In this document: positions 37,129 through 46,384 of the stretch, in pieces
Layout of the letters: each line of letters starts with the position of its first letter
Numbering within the stretch: the first letter of the stretch is position 1
From: an uncultured Candidatus Rokubacteria bacterium
GTDB taxonomy: Bacteria > Methylomirabilota > Methylomirabilia > Rokubacteriales > CSP1-6
DNA: 64,000 bases
Reading direction: 5' to 3'
NCBI GenBank assembly: GCA_963771355.1
Contig: CAVYTA010000007.1
Location: 256,001-320,000 of the forward strand
The notes under the pieces: generated by a model
The model's database searches: none
What the model saw: the letters and a program-made list of their open reading frames with translations, nothing else
Told to the model about the DNA's origin: nothing
Position numbers and translations under genes: made by a program

Positions 37129-37512
37129 TTGGCCACGAGTGCGGGCAAAATTCTGGTGGTGGACGACGAGCCCGAGGTGCGGCTCGTGCTCACCGAATTC
37201 CTCGAGAGCCGGGGCTATGAAGTCGCGGTGGCCGCGAGCGGCGCCGAGGCCCTCGCCATGGTGGACGCCGCCAAGCCGCACGTGGTCCTGCTGGACGTGA
37301 CCATGCCCGAGATGGACGGCATGGAGACCCTCAAGCGCCTGGCCGCCGACAACCCCGGGCTGCCCATCATCATGGTGACGGCCAATGCGGACGTGGACGT
37401 CACCTCGCGACTCCTCGCGCTGGGCGCCGCCGACTATATCCCGAAGCCGTTCGACCTCGACTATCTCGGCCAGGCGGTCAGCATCCAGGTCTCGGCCGCG
37501 CTCGACCTCTGA
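37129..37512 (+). CDS. single-domain response regulator
   Basis: ILVVDDE, LLDVTMP, MVTA, KPF. Confidence 0.9.
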   Translation: MATSAGKILVVDDEPEVRLVLTEFLESRGYEVAVAASGAEALAMVDAAKPHVVLLDVTMPEMDGMETLKRLAADNPGLPIIMVTANADVDVTSRLLALGAADYIPKPFDLDYLGQAVSIQVSAALDL

Positions 37513-37997
37513 TCCTCGCCCTGCTGGTCGGGGCCCTCCTGATACTGGGGGGCTGCGCCTCGATCAACGAAGTTCCGGTCCAGCGCGCCACCATCGGGCC
37601 CCGGGCGGACTCGATCTACAATGCCCGGTTCGTCCGCGGCTACGCGCGCCTGCCCACCTTCGACGAGACGTCCAAGTTTCGCGACGACCTCGCCAGGCGG
37701 GTGAGCGACTACTTGACCAAGCATCCGGACATCGCCACCTCGCCCCGCGCCAGCCAGTTCCGCTTCGAGCGGCGCGTCGACCTCGGCATGAACAAGGAGG
37801 AGGTCACCCTGCTGCTCGGGGCGCCGGACGCGGTGACCGCCGATGCCGAGCGGATGAAGGCCTCGGCGGCGATCTTCTGGCCGGAGGTCTCGAAGCAGGC
37901 GAAGGAGATGTGGACGTATCCGTCCGGCTGGTCGCTCTATTTCGACGCGGACCGTCTGGTGGACATCACCGTGACGGGGAAGCCGCCGATCGAGTAG
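37509..37997 (+). CDS. putative lipoprotein, SmpA/BamE-like; possible CTG start
   Basis: frame open upstream of the called ORF: LILALLVGALLILGG-C lipobox; GMNKEEV.LLLGAP and W.Y...LYF. Confidence 0.6.
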   Translation: MILALLVGALLILGGCASINEVPVQRATIGPRADSIYNARFVRGYARLPTFDETSKFRDDLARRVSDYLTKHPDIATSPRASQFRFERRVDLGMNKEEVTLLLGAPDAVTADAERMKASAAIFWPEVSKQAKEMWTYPSGWSLYFDADRLVDITVTGKPPIE

Positions 37998-39900
37998 GGT
38001 CCGCCTCCTCGAGAACGGTGTAGATCTTCACCGGCACTTCCTTGCCCTTCACCGTGACCTCGCCGAGGTAGCGCGTCCGGAAGAGGTCCTTCACCTCCAT
38101 CCACGTCGCCTCGCTGATCACGATGGGCACGTCGAAGTCCTTGGTGATGCTCTCCAGCCGCGAGCCGAGGTTGACGGTATCGCCGATGGCGGTGTACTCC
38201 AGCCGCTGCTCGGAGCCGAGCGTGCCCACCACCGCGTCCCCGGTGTGGATGCCGACCCCGCACCGGAGGGGGGCGCCGAGCCGGGGGCCGAAGCGCGCCG
38301 CCAGCCCCTCCAGCCGGCGCTGGAACTCCAGCGCGGTGCGCACGGCCTGGGCGGCGTGATCCGGCGCCTCGAAGGGCACGTTGTAGAGCGCCATGATGGC
38401 GTCGCCGATGTACTTGTCCACGGTGCCGCCGTGCGTGAACACCGCGTCCGTCATCACGGTGAGGTACTCGCGCAGGAACTCCACCACGTCCTCGGGTGCG
38501 AGCCGCTCCGACAGGGTGGTGAAGCCGCGGATGTCGGAGAAGAGCACGGTCAGACGCCGCCGGCCGGACTGCAGCGACTCGCCGGCGTCCTGGCTGCGCA
38601 CGATCTCGCGCACCACCGAGGGCGAGAAGAAGCGCGAGAGCCGGCGCTTCTCGCGCTGCTCGCTGACGAAGTTCCGCACGGCGGCGCCGGTGTACGCCAG
38701 CGGCAAGGGCCAGGGGCACCGTCACCACCCCCATCCACAGATGCCCCAGGCGGAAGACGCGATGGGTCGAGGCCGAGATAGACGACACAGAGCGCCCGCG
38801 ACGGCGGCGAAGGCCGGGGACGGGCCGCATCGTGCGCGCCACCAGCACCGCCACCGCTCCCGCCGCCACCGTGAGCGCGTCGACGATGCGCGGGACGGAT
38901 CGGGCGGATGGGCGCGCCGGTCAGCAGGGTCTCGAGCACGTTGGCGTGGATCTCCACGCCCGGCATGTTCGTCCGCGGCGCGAAGGGCGTGGCGAAGAGA
39001 TCGTGCAGCGTCGGGGTCGTCGCGCCGACGAGGACGATCTTGCCGGTGAAGGTATCGGGCGCGACCTCGCCGGCCAGGACGCGGTGGTAGGAGATGGTGA
39101 GGAACGTTCGCGGCGCGCCCGCGATAGTTGATGAGGAACTCGTCCGCCGGCAGCGGACGGGGCGGAACGAGGCCGCTCCGCGCGGCCTGCTCGAGGAGCA
39201 GCAGGCTGAAGCTCGGCAGCTCGATCTCCGGCACCTCGGTCTCCGGCACCTCGAAGTCGGGCCGCACGCGCAGGAGCAGCGACACGCGACGCACGAAGGC
39301 GTCGGCGTCGAAGTCGAAGTTGACGAAGCCGAAGCCGCAGGGCAGGCGGTGGGCGCCGGCCGAGGCGCCGGGCCGCGGGGGCGCGGGCCGTGCGCAGTCC
39401 GCGGTGGCGTCGCGGAAGAGCTTGATGGGCGGGATTGAAGTCGAGCCTGGTGAACCCGGGCTCGACGACCTGGCCTGTAGGCGGCGGCGAGGACGACGCT
39501 CTGCGCTCGCGCGATGGCGGCGGCGAGCGCGGCGTCGTCCGCCGGATCCCCGGGCCGAGGGCTCCGCGAAGAGGAGTCGAGACCGATGGCGACGGGCCGC
39601 GCGCGGCTGACGATCTCGATGAACTTGCGCGTGCTCGGTCCGGGGCCAGGGCCAGGCAATGTCGCGCGCGCCGTACGATCGAAGGAGTCGTCGTCGATCG
39701 CCGACGATCACGATGGGGGACGCCGGGGAGCGAGGCCCGCGCAGATCGAACTGGCTATCCAGCGCCTTGAGCTCGGCGACGTTGAAGTAGCTGAAATAGC
39801 CGAAATAGCCCAGGGGGTCCACCCACGAGGCCAGCACGACCACCAGGCCCAGGAGGCCACCCGCGAGGAGGTGCCGCGCGGCCGGGCCGAGGAATCTCAC
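37966..39900 (-). pseudogene. CHASE2-domain class III adenylate cyclase with multiple frameshifts (decay or sequencing error)
   Basis: intact cyclase (FSDIRGFT, DKYIGD, YTAIGDTVN); CHASE2 motifs (WPWPR, D.DAFVRR, GKIVLVG, PGVEIHAN) split across three frames. Confidence 0.8.
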
Positions 39901-39985
39901 CGGGCTCAGACTAGCACGCGGCCGGAGGCCTCCCAAGGAAGCACGGATCTTGGAGGCAGCGCGGGGACCGCGCTACAGTGGGCGC

Positions 39986-40378
39986 ATGCGATTCGCGACC
40001 CTGCTCCGCGTGGTGATCTTCCTCGCGGTCTTCGGGTGGGCCGGCTACACGGCGGCGATGATCGCCATGGACTACTTCAGCACGTCGGGCATGGTGGGCC
40101 AGATCGTGGTCGACGCCGTCACCAAGCGCAAGGTCGGCGTGGCCGCGGGCGGCTCGACCGCCGCCACGCCGGAGATCGCGAACGACGTGCGCGGGATGAT
40201 CGTGCGCGAGTCGCGGCGGCTCGGGCTGCCGGTGGAGGAGGCGACGATCAAGGTCACGCCGGCGTCCTATGCCGTCCAGGTCGCCATGCAGTGGAAGCAT
40301 CCGGTCGTCCTCTACGGAGACACCCGGCTCTTCGACGTCACGCTCTGGATGGACCGGAGCTTCGATACGGGTTTCTAG
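39986..40378 (+). CDS. single-TM hypothetical protein (DUF4845/pilin-like architecture)
   Basis: N-terminal TM then small alpha/beta domain; TACAGT -10 six nt upstream. Confidence 0.55.
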   Translation: MRFATLLRVVIFLAVFGWAGYTAAMIAMDYFSTSGMVGQIVVDAVTKRKVGVAAGGSTAATPEIANDVRGMIVRESRRLGLPVEEATIKVTPASYAVQVAMQWKHPVVLYGDTRLFDVTLWMDRSFDTGF

Positions 40379-40521
40379 TTCCCCCGGTCGACCGCGGAAT
40401 TTCTGCGCGGAAGGGATCTCGACGGTCCTCGTGGACGTAAGGCCTTGAATTGGTTCGTGAAACCAGCCTGTCTTCTCTTGCTCAGCGCTCGAGGTGTGTG
40501 ACAGCTCGAGCGATTCATAGG

Positions 40522-40537
40522 TGGCACACGACTTGCT
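40522..40537 (+). promoter_or_regulatory. sigma-54 promoter of PEP-CTERM gene
   Basis: TGGCACACGACTTGCT near-perfect -24/-12. Confidence 0.8.
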
Positions 40538-40577
40538 CTTCTCTTGGTAAGACGTCCATTTTCAGAGGAGCGCACAC

Positions 40578-41273
40578 ATGAGGATTACCAAGGTAATAGT
40601 CGGCGGGGCCCTCGGTCTCGCCTTGCTGGCGGGGGCTCTTTCGAGCCCGGCGGCCGCGGTCCCCCTCGTCTTGACGTTCGAGGGATTGCAGAACACCGAA
40701 GACGTGAACGCATTCTACAACGGCGGGACGGGAAGCCTCGGGAGCGGTCCCGGAACCAATTTCGGGATCCAGTTCAGCAACGCCGTCGCGTTCATCGATA
40801 GCGATGCGGGGGGGACGGGCAATTTCGGCGGCGAGCCCTCGCCCTCGACGGCAATCACGTTCCTCGGCGCCAGCGCGACCACCATGAACGTCGCGGCGGG
40901 ATTCGACACCGGGTTTTCGTTCTTCTACTCGGCGATCGCCGCCCCCGGGGTGGTGCGAGTCTGGAGCGATCTGGATGGGACCGGCACTCTGCTGGTCGAG
41001 CTGGATCTGGCGCTCACGCCGTTCCAAGGCGCGCCGGATCCGACCGGCGCCTTCAGCCCGTTCCTCCCCTTTGGCGTGACCTTCGATGGGATCGCCCGCT
41101 CCGTGGACTTTTCCGGGTCGTCCAACCAGATCGGGTTCGACAACATCACGCTCGGCTCCGAGCGCCCCATCGGCGCGGCCCAAGCGGTCCCCGAACCTGG
41201 TAGCCTCCTCCTCCTGGCTGCGGGCCTCGCCGGGGTCGGACTCCTCGCCAGGCTGAGGGCGTTCTGTAAATAA
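40578..41273 (+). CDS. PEP-CTERM sorting domain protein
   Basis: signal peptide; C-terminal VPEPGSLLLLAAGLAGVGLLARLR. Confidence 0.92.
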   Translation: MRITKVIVGGALGLALLAGALSSPAAAVPLVLTFEGLQNTEDVNAFYNGGTGSLGSGPGTNFGIQFSNAVAFIDSDAGGTGNFGGEPSPSTAITFLGASATTMNVAAGFDTGFSFFYSAIAAPGVVRVWSDLDGTGTLLVELDLALTPFQGAPDPTGAFSPFLPFGVTFDGIARSVDFSGSSNQIGFDNITLGSERPIGAAQAVPEPGSLLLLAAGLAGVGLLARLRAFCK

Positions 41274-41380
41274 GGGACTACACAACGATATTTTCGCTCG
41301 ATCGGACGCCGGGGCTCGGCCGGCGCCGCTGTGTTCCCGGGGACCTCCTTTGCTACACTCGACAGAGAGGTAATTCGGCC

Positions 41381-41857
41381 ATGGGATCTCGCGCCGGAGC
41401 ATCGCGGATCACACTGCAAGACCAGCGCGGCGTCTCGATTCTCGAGGTGCTGATCGCCGCGCTGCTCCTCGGCATGGCCTCGGCGGGCGTCGCCGTCATG
41501 TTCGGCACCGGCCAGGCCTTCATCGTGGGCGAGGGCGATAACCGCATTGCGGCCGCGCTGGCGCGGCAAGCGGTCGAGCAAGTGCGCGCGTCCGGCTTCG
41601 GGAACCCCCTGGTCGCCGTCGATCCGCGCGAGGAGCTGACCTTCACCGCGGTGCCCTATGCCGGCGTCCATCCCGGCTATGAGCGGACCATCACCATCAC
41701 GTCCGTGTGCGCCAACAACTATCTGCCCGCCTGCTCGCCGCCCACGCCGATCGAGGCCAAGCTCATCACCGTCACCGTGCGGGCGACCCAGGGCGTGCAG
41801 GGTGCCGACGTGTCGGCTTCACCGGTGGTCTTGCGCTCGGTCATGGTGCTCAAGTGA
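41381..41857 (+). CDS. minor pilin, PilV-like
   Basis: DQRG|VSILEVLIA prepilin motif with E5. Confidence 0.82.
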   Translation: MGSRAGASRITLQDQRGVSILEVLIAALLLGMASAGVAVMFGTGQAFIVGEGDNRIAAALARQAVEQVRASGFGNPLVAVDPREELTFTAVPYAGVHPGYERTITITSVCANNYLPACSPPTPIEAKLITVTVRATQGVQGADVSASPVVLRSVMVLK

Positions 41858-42495
41858 TCAAGGGCCTCGCACGGCTCTGGCGTGACCGTCGGGGCGTGAC
41901 CCTGGTCGAGCTGCTCATCGCCACCGCCATCTTCACCATCGTGGCCGTCGCCATCGGGTCCCTCTACGTCTCGACCCAGCGCGCCTTCGACTACGGCAGC
42001 GCCCAGGCCTACGCGCAACGGCAGGGCACCATGATTCAGGAGGACCTCCAGCGCCGGCTCCAGCGCGCGGTGGACTTCGCCGTCACCGGATGCGGATCCG
42101 CCACCGCCACCGCCTCCGTCCGCTACAGCCTCCCCGACGGAACCGACTGGTGCCTCCACCAGGACCAGAAAGTGGGCGACACCTTCCCCCAGCTCTATGT
42201 CTGCTCGCTCAACTCGGCGATTCCCCTCTTCAGCGGTGGCTTCGCCTGCAGCTCCACCTCGGTTCAGAGCCTCACCGGCCAGGCCCAGGCGATGAACGAG
42301 TCCGCCCGCAAGCTCGGCACTCAGCTCCGCGTCGCGAGCAGCACCTTCGTCAGCGTGTCCACCATGAACGGCTCCGCCATGGCGGGGCGTGCGCTCGACG
42401 TGCGCTTCGACCTCTACGACGGCGTCATGTACAACCTGAATCCGGCCAGCTACACGGGCATGCGCTTCGGCTTCACCACCACGCTGAGGAACTGA
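41854..42495 (+). CDS. minor pilin, PilW-like
   Basis: DRRG|VTLVELLIA; GTGA overlap. Confidence 0.82.
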   Translation: MIKGLARLWRDRRGVTLVELLIATAIFTIVAVAIGSLYVSTQRAFDYGSAQAYAQRQGTMIQEDLQRRLQRAVDFAVTGCGSATATASVRYSLPDGTDWCLHQDQKVGDTFPQLYVCSLNSAIPLFSGGFACSSTSVQSLTGQAQAMNESARKLGTQLRVASSTFVSVSTMNGSAMAGRALDVRFDLYDGVMYNLNPASYTGMRFGFTTTLRN

Positions 42496-44603
42496 TGACC
42501 CGCCCGACCCCGCCGTCCCCGTGTGCGCTCGCCGGCCAGCGGGGCAGCGTCATCCTGATCAGCATCGTGCTCGTCTTCGTGATGACCCTGCTCGGCCTTG
42601 CGCTCTTCGAGCTGGGCGCGATCGAGAACCGCATGTCGCTCTCCAGCGCCGCCGACGCGCGCGCGTTCGAGGTGGCGCAGGGGGGGATCGAGCGGGCCCT
42701 CCGCGAGCTCCAGGATGGCTTCGACGCTGACACCCAGGGGAGCGAGAGCTGGGCCGACAACGACGGCGTGCGGGCCCCCATCTGCTCCGCGTCCTGCGTC
42801 ACCGGGGCGTATCGGCCGATGACCCTCGCCAATACCAGCTTCCCCGGCGGAGGCAGCTACGCCGTTGAGATCATGCTGGTGACGGTGGCGCAGGCCAACG
42901 CGACCTCGCCGTATCCGATCGGCCTCAGCTGCTTCAGCAACGCGGCCAATGTCTGCACGAACCTCGTCTTCGTCCGCAGCACGGGAACGGTGACGGACAG
43001 CCCGGCGGGGGGCGCCACCTCGCCCGCGCCGGCCGGCTATACCGCGGTGAAGACGCTCCAGGTGCTGGCCCGGGCCTATGCGCCGTCCGTGTTCGCCAAT
43101 GGCGTCGTGGCCGGCACGCCCTCCGCGCTCCAGCCGGTGAACGGTAATGTCCTCATCTCGGGCTCGGCGCAGATTCTCGGCGCCCCCGTGGGGGCCCTGT
43201 CCGCCATCAACTGGAACGGCGTGAACGCCGGCTTGCGAAATGATCTGAGCAATCTGATCGCCGACGCTCAGATCCTTCGCCGGCTGCCCGCCCAGCAAGC
43301 CGTTTGCGCGCCTACCGCCGTGCCGTGCGCCGTGCCGAACGTGTACTCGCTCGGGGCCGGGGCCCAGGTGGCCCGCCCGACCGGCATCGCCGCGATCACC
43401 CTCGCGGGCGGGGCCGCCATCGGCGGGGCCGCCGGCGCCGCCTACGCTACCGGCGGCAGCACGCCCGGCTCGCTCGCGGGCAAGGGGCCGCTCGATTCCA
43501 TCTTCGTCGCCGATGGCTGCCAGAACAGCACGTGCGCCGATAGCTACGCGGTCACTGCCCCCTCGCAGCTTCCGATCGTCGACATGGGGGCCATCGGCCG
43601 CGCGTATCCCGAGAACCCGGTGGCGCCGTTCCCCACGCTGACGAGCCCGGTGCGCATCGCCGGCGTCACTTACGGGACCGGGCTCCAGAACTACTTCTCG
43701 ACACGCGCGGCCAACATGACGGCCATGCTGTCCGCCAACGACATGCCCGGAACCGTTGGCGGTCTTACCTCGAGTACCAGCAACTGCTCCAATTCGGCGT
43801 GCAGTCCCATCACCGGCTTCACGAACAAAGATGGCGCGGCACGGCTGGGGCGGATCTGCTGGACTCGCAATTCGGGGACCCTCACCTTCGGCGTGTCCAC
43901 CGCCGGCGATCCCTGCAACTCGCCCGCTACCGCGGCCGACCCGCTGCTGGTCTACAACACCAGCGCGAACGGCTGGCGAATCGATCGAGGAGCCTTCTCC
44001 CGGTCCGACACCACCTGTCCAGGGACGCAGATCTGCTACACCGGCGTTGCGATCATCTACAATGCCAACTCGGTGTCGATCGAGGAGACGGTGACGAGCC
44101 TCTGCGGCGTCGCCAATTCGAACTGCACCGCCGGGAACGAGAAGTTTCCGACCAACGATCTCATGGCGCTCCTCACGCCCGGCAATGTCAGCGTGGCCGC
44201 GACGACGACCAATGTCGTCGCGCGCGTGATGGCCATGCTCTACGCGGGGACGGACTTCGTCTCGCGCTCGGTGGTGCCGGCGACCCCCACGCGTATCGTG
44301 GGCGGCGTGGCAGCCAGTCGCTTCTGTTTCGGTGGCGGGGGGGCCTGCCCCGGCGGTACCTCGAACGCCCCCGAGATCTACCAGGCGCCACTGAACGGCT
44401 CGTCGTTGAACGCGACCCCGCCGGTGGCCCATGACGCACGTGGGCTGCCCAATGAGCTCCTCGCCCTAGCGCCGTCGCTCAATGGTCAGGCGCCGAAGCA
44501 CTGGCGGGTGGAAAGCGTGCCCCGCCTGTGGCTCGAGTGCCGGCCCATCGCGCCCTCGGCGACCCTGCCCACCACGCCCACCGGCGCCTGCGGCTACAAC
44601 TAG
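42495..44603 (+). CDS. large PilX-like minor pilin with Cys-rich extension (702 aa)
   Basis: QRG|SVILISIV lacking E5, AFEVAQGGIE PilX N-terminus, VRSTG; TGATG overlap. Confidence 0.8.
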   Translation: MTRPTPPSPCALAGQRGSVILISIVLVFVMTLLGLALFELGAIENRMSLSSAADARAFEVAQGGIERALRELQDGFDADTQGSESWADNDGVRAPICSASCVTGAYRPMTLANTSFPGGGSYAVEIMLVTVAQANATSPYPIGLSCFSNAANVCTNLVFVRSTGTVTDSPAGGATSPAPAGYTAVKTLQVLARAYAPSVFANGVVAGTPSALQPVNGNVLISGSAQILGAPVGALSAINWNGVNAGLRNDLSNLIADAQILRRLPAQQAVCAPTAVPCAVPNVYSLGAGAQVARPTGIAAITLAGGAAIGGAAGAAYATGGSTPGSLAGKGPLDSIFVADGCQNSTCADSYAVTAPSQLPIVDMGAIGRAYPENPVAPFPTLTSPVRIAGVTYGTGLQNYFSTRAANMTAMLSANDMPGTVGGLTSSTSNCSNSACSPITGFTNKDGAARLGRICWTRNSGTLTFGVSTAGDPCNSPATAADPLLVYNTSANGWRIDRGAFSRSDTTCPGTQICYTGVAIIYNANSVSIEETVTSLCGVANSNCTAGNEKFPTNDLMALLTPGNVSVAATTTNVVARVMAMLYAGTDFVSRSVVPATPTRIVGGVAASRFCFGGGGACPGGTSNAPEIYQAPLNGSSLNATPPVAHDARGLPNELLALAPSLNGQAPKHWRVESVPRLWLECRPIAPSATLPTTPTGACGYN

Positions 44604-44610
44604 CCGCTCG

Positions 44611-44633
44611 GGAGCCCGTCCGCTCCGGTTTTT
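44611..44633 (+). terminator. possible weak intrinsic terminator
   Basis: GGAGC-N6-GCTCC followed by GGTTTTT. Confidence 0.35.
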
Positions 44634-44720
44634 CCTTGGGAGTCCGCAGTTTACGTTGATATCATCGGTCACCTTGGTACCGCTGTCTCCGCCGACGCTA
44701 AACGTCTGTCCCGAGATCCC

Positions 44721-45752
44721 ATGACCCCCAATTTCCTTCGCCGGCACCGGGTGGTGGGGCTGGACGTCGGCCACGGGTCCGTCAAGGCGCTGGCGCTGGA
44801 GCGTCGAGGCTCCCAAGAGATCGTGGTGGGGCGTGGGCTGACCCGGCTGGAGGGCAATCCCGACTCGCGACAGGTCGGGCAGGCCATCCACGCGGCACTT
44901 GCCGCCGCGGGGGCGGACGGCCAGCCGGTGATCGCGGCCGTGGGTGGTCCCGAGGTGGTCATCCGCCAGGTGTCGCTGCCGCCGGTGCCGCTCGCCCGCA
45001 TCCTCCCCGCGCTGGAGATCCAGCACCGCGAGCTCGGCCTGCTCCCGCCCGCCGAGTCCGTGATGGACGCCCAGGTGCTCCGCCGCGCCAAGGATGGCGT
45101 CACGTCCGAGATCCTCGCCATCTGCGCGCCGCGCGTCCTGGTCGACGAGCGTACGAAGCTCCTCCAGCAGGCGGGCGTGAGGCTCCAGACGCTCGACGTG
45201 GAGCCGCTCGCGCTGCTGAACGCGGCGATCTACATCACCCAGCTCGAGCCGGGCGAGCTCCTGGTCCTGCTCAATGTCGGCCGACGGTCGTCCTCGCTCT
45301 GTCTCTTCAGCGAGCAGGGGCCGGTGGTCTCGCGCTACCTCGACATCGGCGCCGAGGCCTTCTTCGAGCAGCTGCGCGGTCCCGGCGGAGGAGCGGTCTA
45401 CTCCCCCGAGGCGATGGCGCGGGCGCTGGCGCCCAGCGAGCTGGAGGGAGCCCAGTTCGCCTGCCGCGATCTCGTCGATCGCATCGCCGAGGACATCCGC
45501 CTCTCGCTGACGTTCTACCGGACCGAGTACGACCGCGAGAGCCTGCCCCGCTACGCCATCGGCGGGTGGACGGAGCTGCCCCCCCTGGGCCGCTGGCTCG
45601 CGCAGCGAATCGGGCTCAACGCGCCGCTCGAGGTGATGGACCCGTTCAGGGCGGTGGAGGTGAAGATCACGCCGGCGGCGCCGGCGCGGGAGACCGGTGA
45701 CACCGGCCCCCAGTACCTCCAGGCCTTCGGGCTCGCATTGAGGGGCCTGTGA
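44721..45752 (+). CDS. pilM: type IV pilus assembly protein PilM-like
   Basis: VGLDVGHGSVK, LDVEPLAL, LNVG, IRLSLTFY, DPF. Confidence 0.8.
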   Translation: MTPNFLRRHRVVGLDVGHGSVKALALERRGSQEIVVGRGLTRLEGNPDSRQVGQAIHAALAAAGADGQPVIAAVGGPEVVIRQVSLPPVPLARILPALEIQHRELGLLPPAESVMDAQVLRRAKDGVTSEILAICAPRVLVDERTKLLQQAGVRLQTLDVEPLALLNAAIYITQLEPGELLVLLNVGRRSSSLCLFSEQGPVVSRYLDIGAEAFFEQLRGPGGGAVYSPEAMARALAPSELEGAQFACRDLVDRIAEDIRLSLTFYRTEYDRESLPRYAIGGWTELPPLGRWLAQRIGLNAPLEVMDPFRAVEVKITPAAPARETGDTGPQYLQAFGLALRGL

Positions 45753-46384
45753 CTCGCCGCTTCAGCATCGACCTCATTCATCCCGGCCAGCTCTCCCTGA
45801 CCTGGCAGGAATGGTTCGTCGGCAATCAGGGCGCGCGGCGCCTGGCGGCGGTCGCCCTCGCCGGCATCCTCGTGCTGGTGCTCATCATGGTCGGCGGCAT
45901 CCTGCCGACCTACTGGCGCCTGTCGTCGGATCTCAACGCCATCCCGCGCCTCCAGAAGGACCTGGCGGCGTCGGAGGGCGACCTCAATGTCCTGCGGACC
46001 AACCTGCAGGCTCTCACGCTGGAGGCGCGGCGCCAGGTGCGCTGGGCCGGGCTCCTGGGCGCCCTCAGCCAGCACATTCCGCCCACCATACGCCTGCAGA
46101 CGGTGGAGGCGTCGCGGCCCGCGCCGGCGGCGGGCGCCGCTCAGCCGCCCCCGGACGCGAAGGCGGAGGGCGTGCTGCGCATCGAGTCGGTCACGCCGGT
46201 GCGCTCGGGCAGCCAGCCGCTCCTGGAGGTGGCGCAGTTCATGGCCGGGCTCATGCGCGATCCCGCCGTGAATAAGCGGTTCCAGCTCAAGAGCTGGGAC
46301 ATCAAGCCGCCCGGCGGCGGGAGCGCGGAAGACGAGACCCAGTACCTCAACATCACCATCCTGCTCTCGGAGCGCGCCCAGTGA
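45749..46384 (+). CDS. pilN: PilN-like alignment protein
   Basis: SIDLI N-terminal motif, TM, coiled coil, W..LL..LS..IP. Confidence 0.7.
   Translation: MTRRFSIDLIHPGQLSLTWQEWFVGNQGARRLAAVALAGILVLVLIMVGGILPTYWRLSSDLNAIPRLQKDLAASEGDLNVLRTNLQALTLEARRQVRWAGLLGALSQHIPPTIRLQTVEASRPAPAAGAAQPPPDAKAEGVLRIESVTPVRSGSQPLLEVAQFMAGLMRDPAVNKRFQLKSWDIKPPGGGSAEDETQYLNITILLSERAQ

Noticed and set aside
39225..39253. Tandem 14-bp repeat TCTCCGGCACCTCG and a nearby short YFG/YFS repeat
   Set aside because: In-frame coding micro-duplications, not a CRISPR or mobile repeat.
42495..44603. About ten N-x-S/T sequons suggesting N-glycosylation
   Set aside because: Roughly what the high Asn and Ser/Thr content would give by chance.
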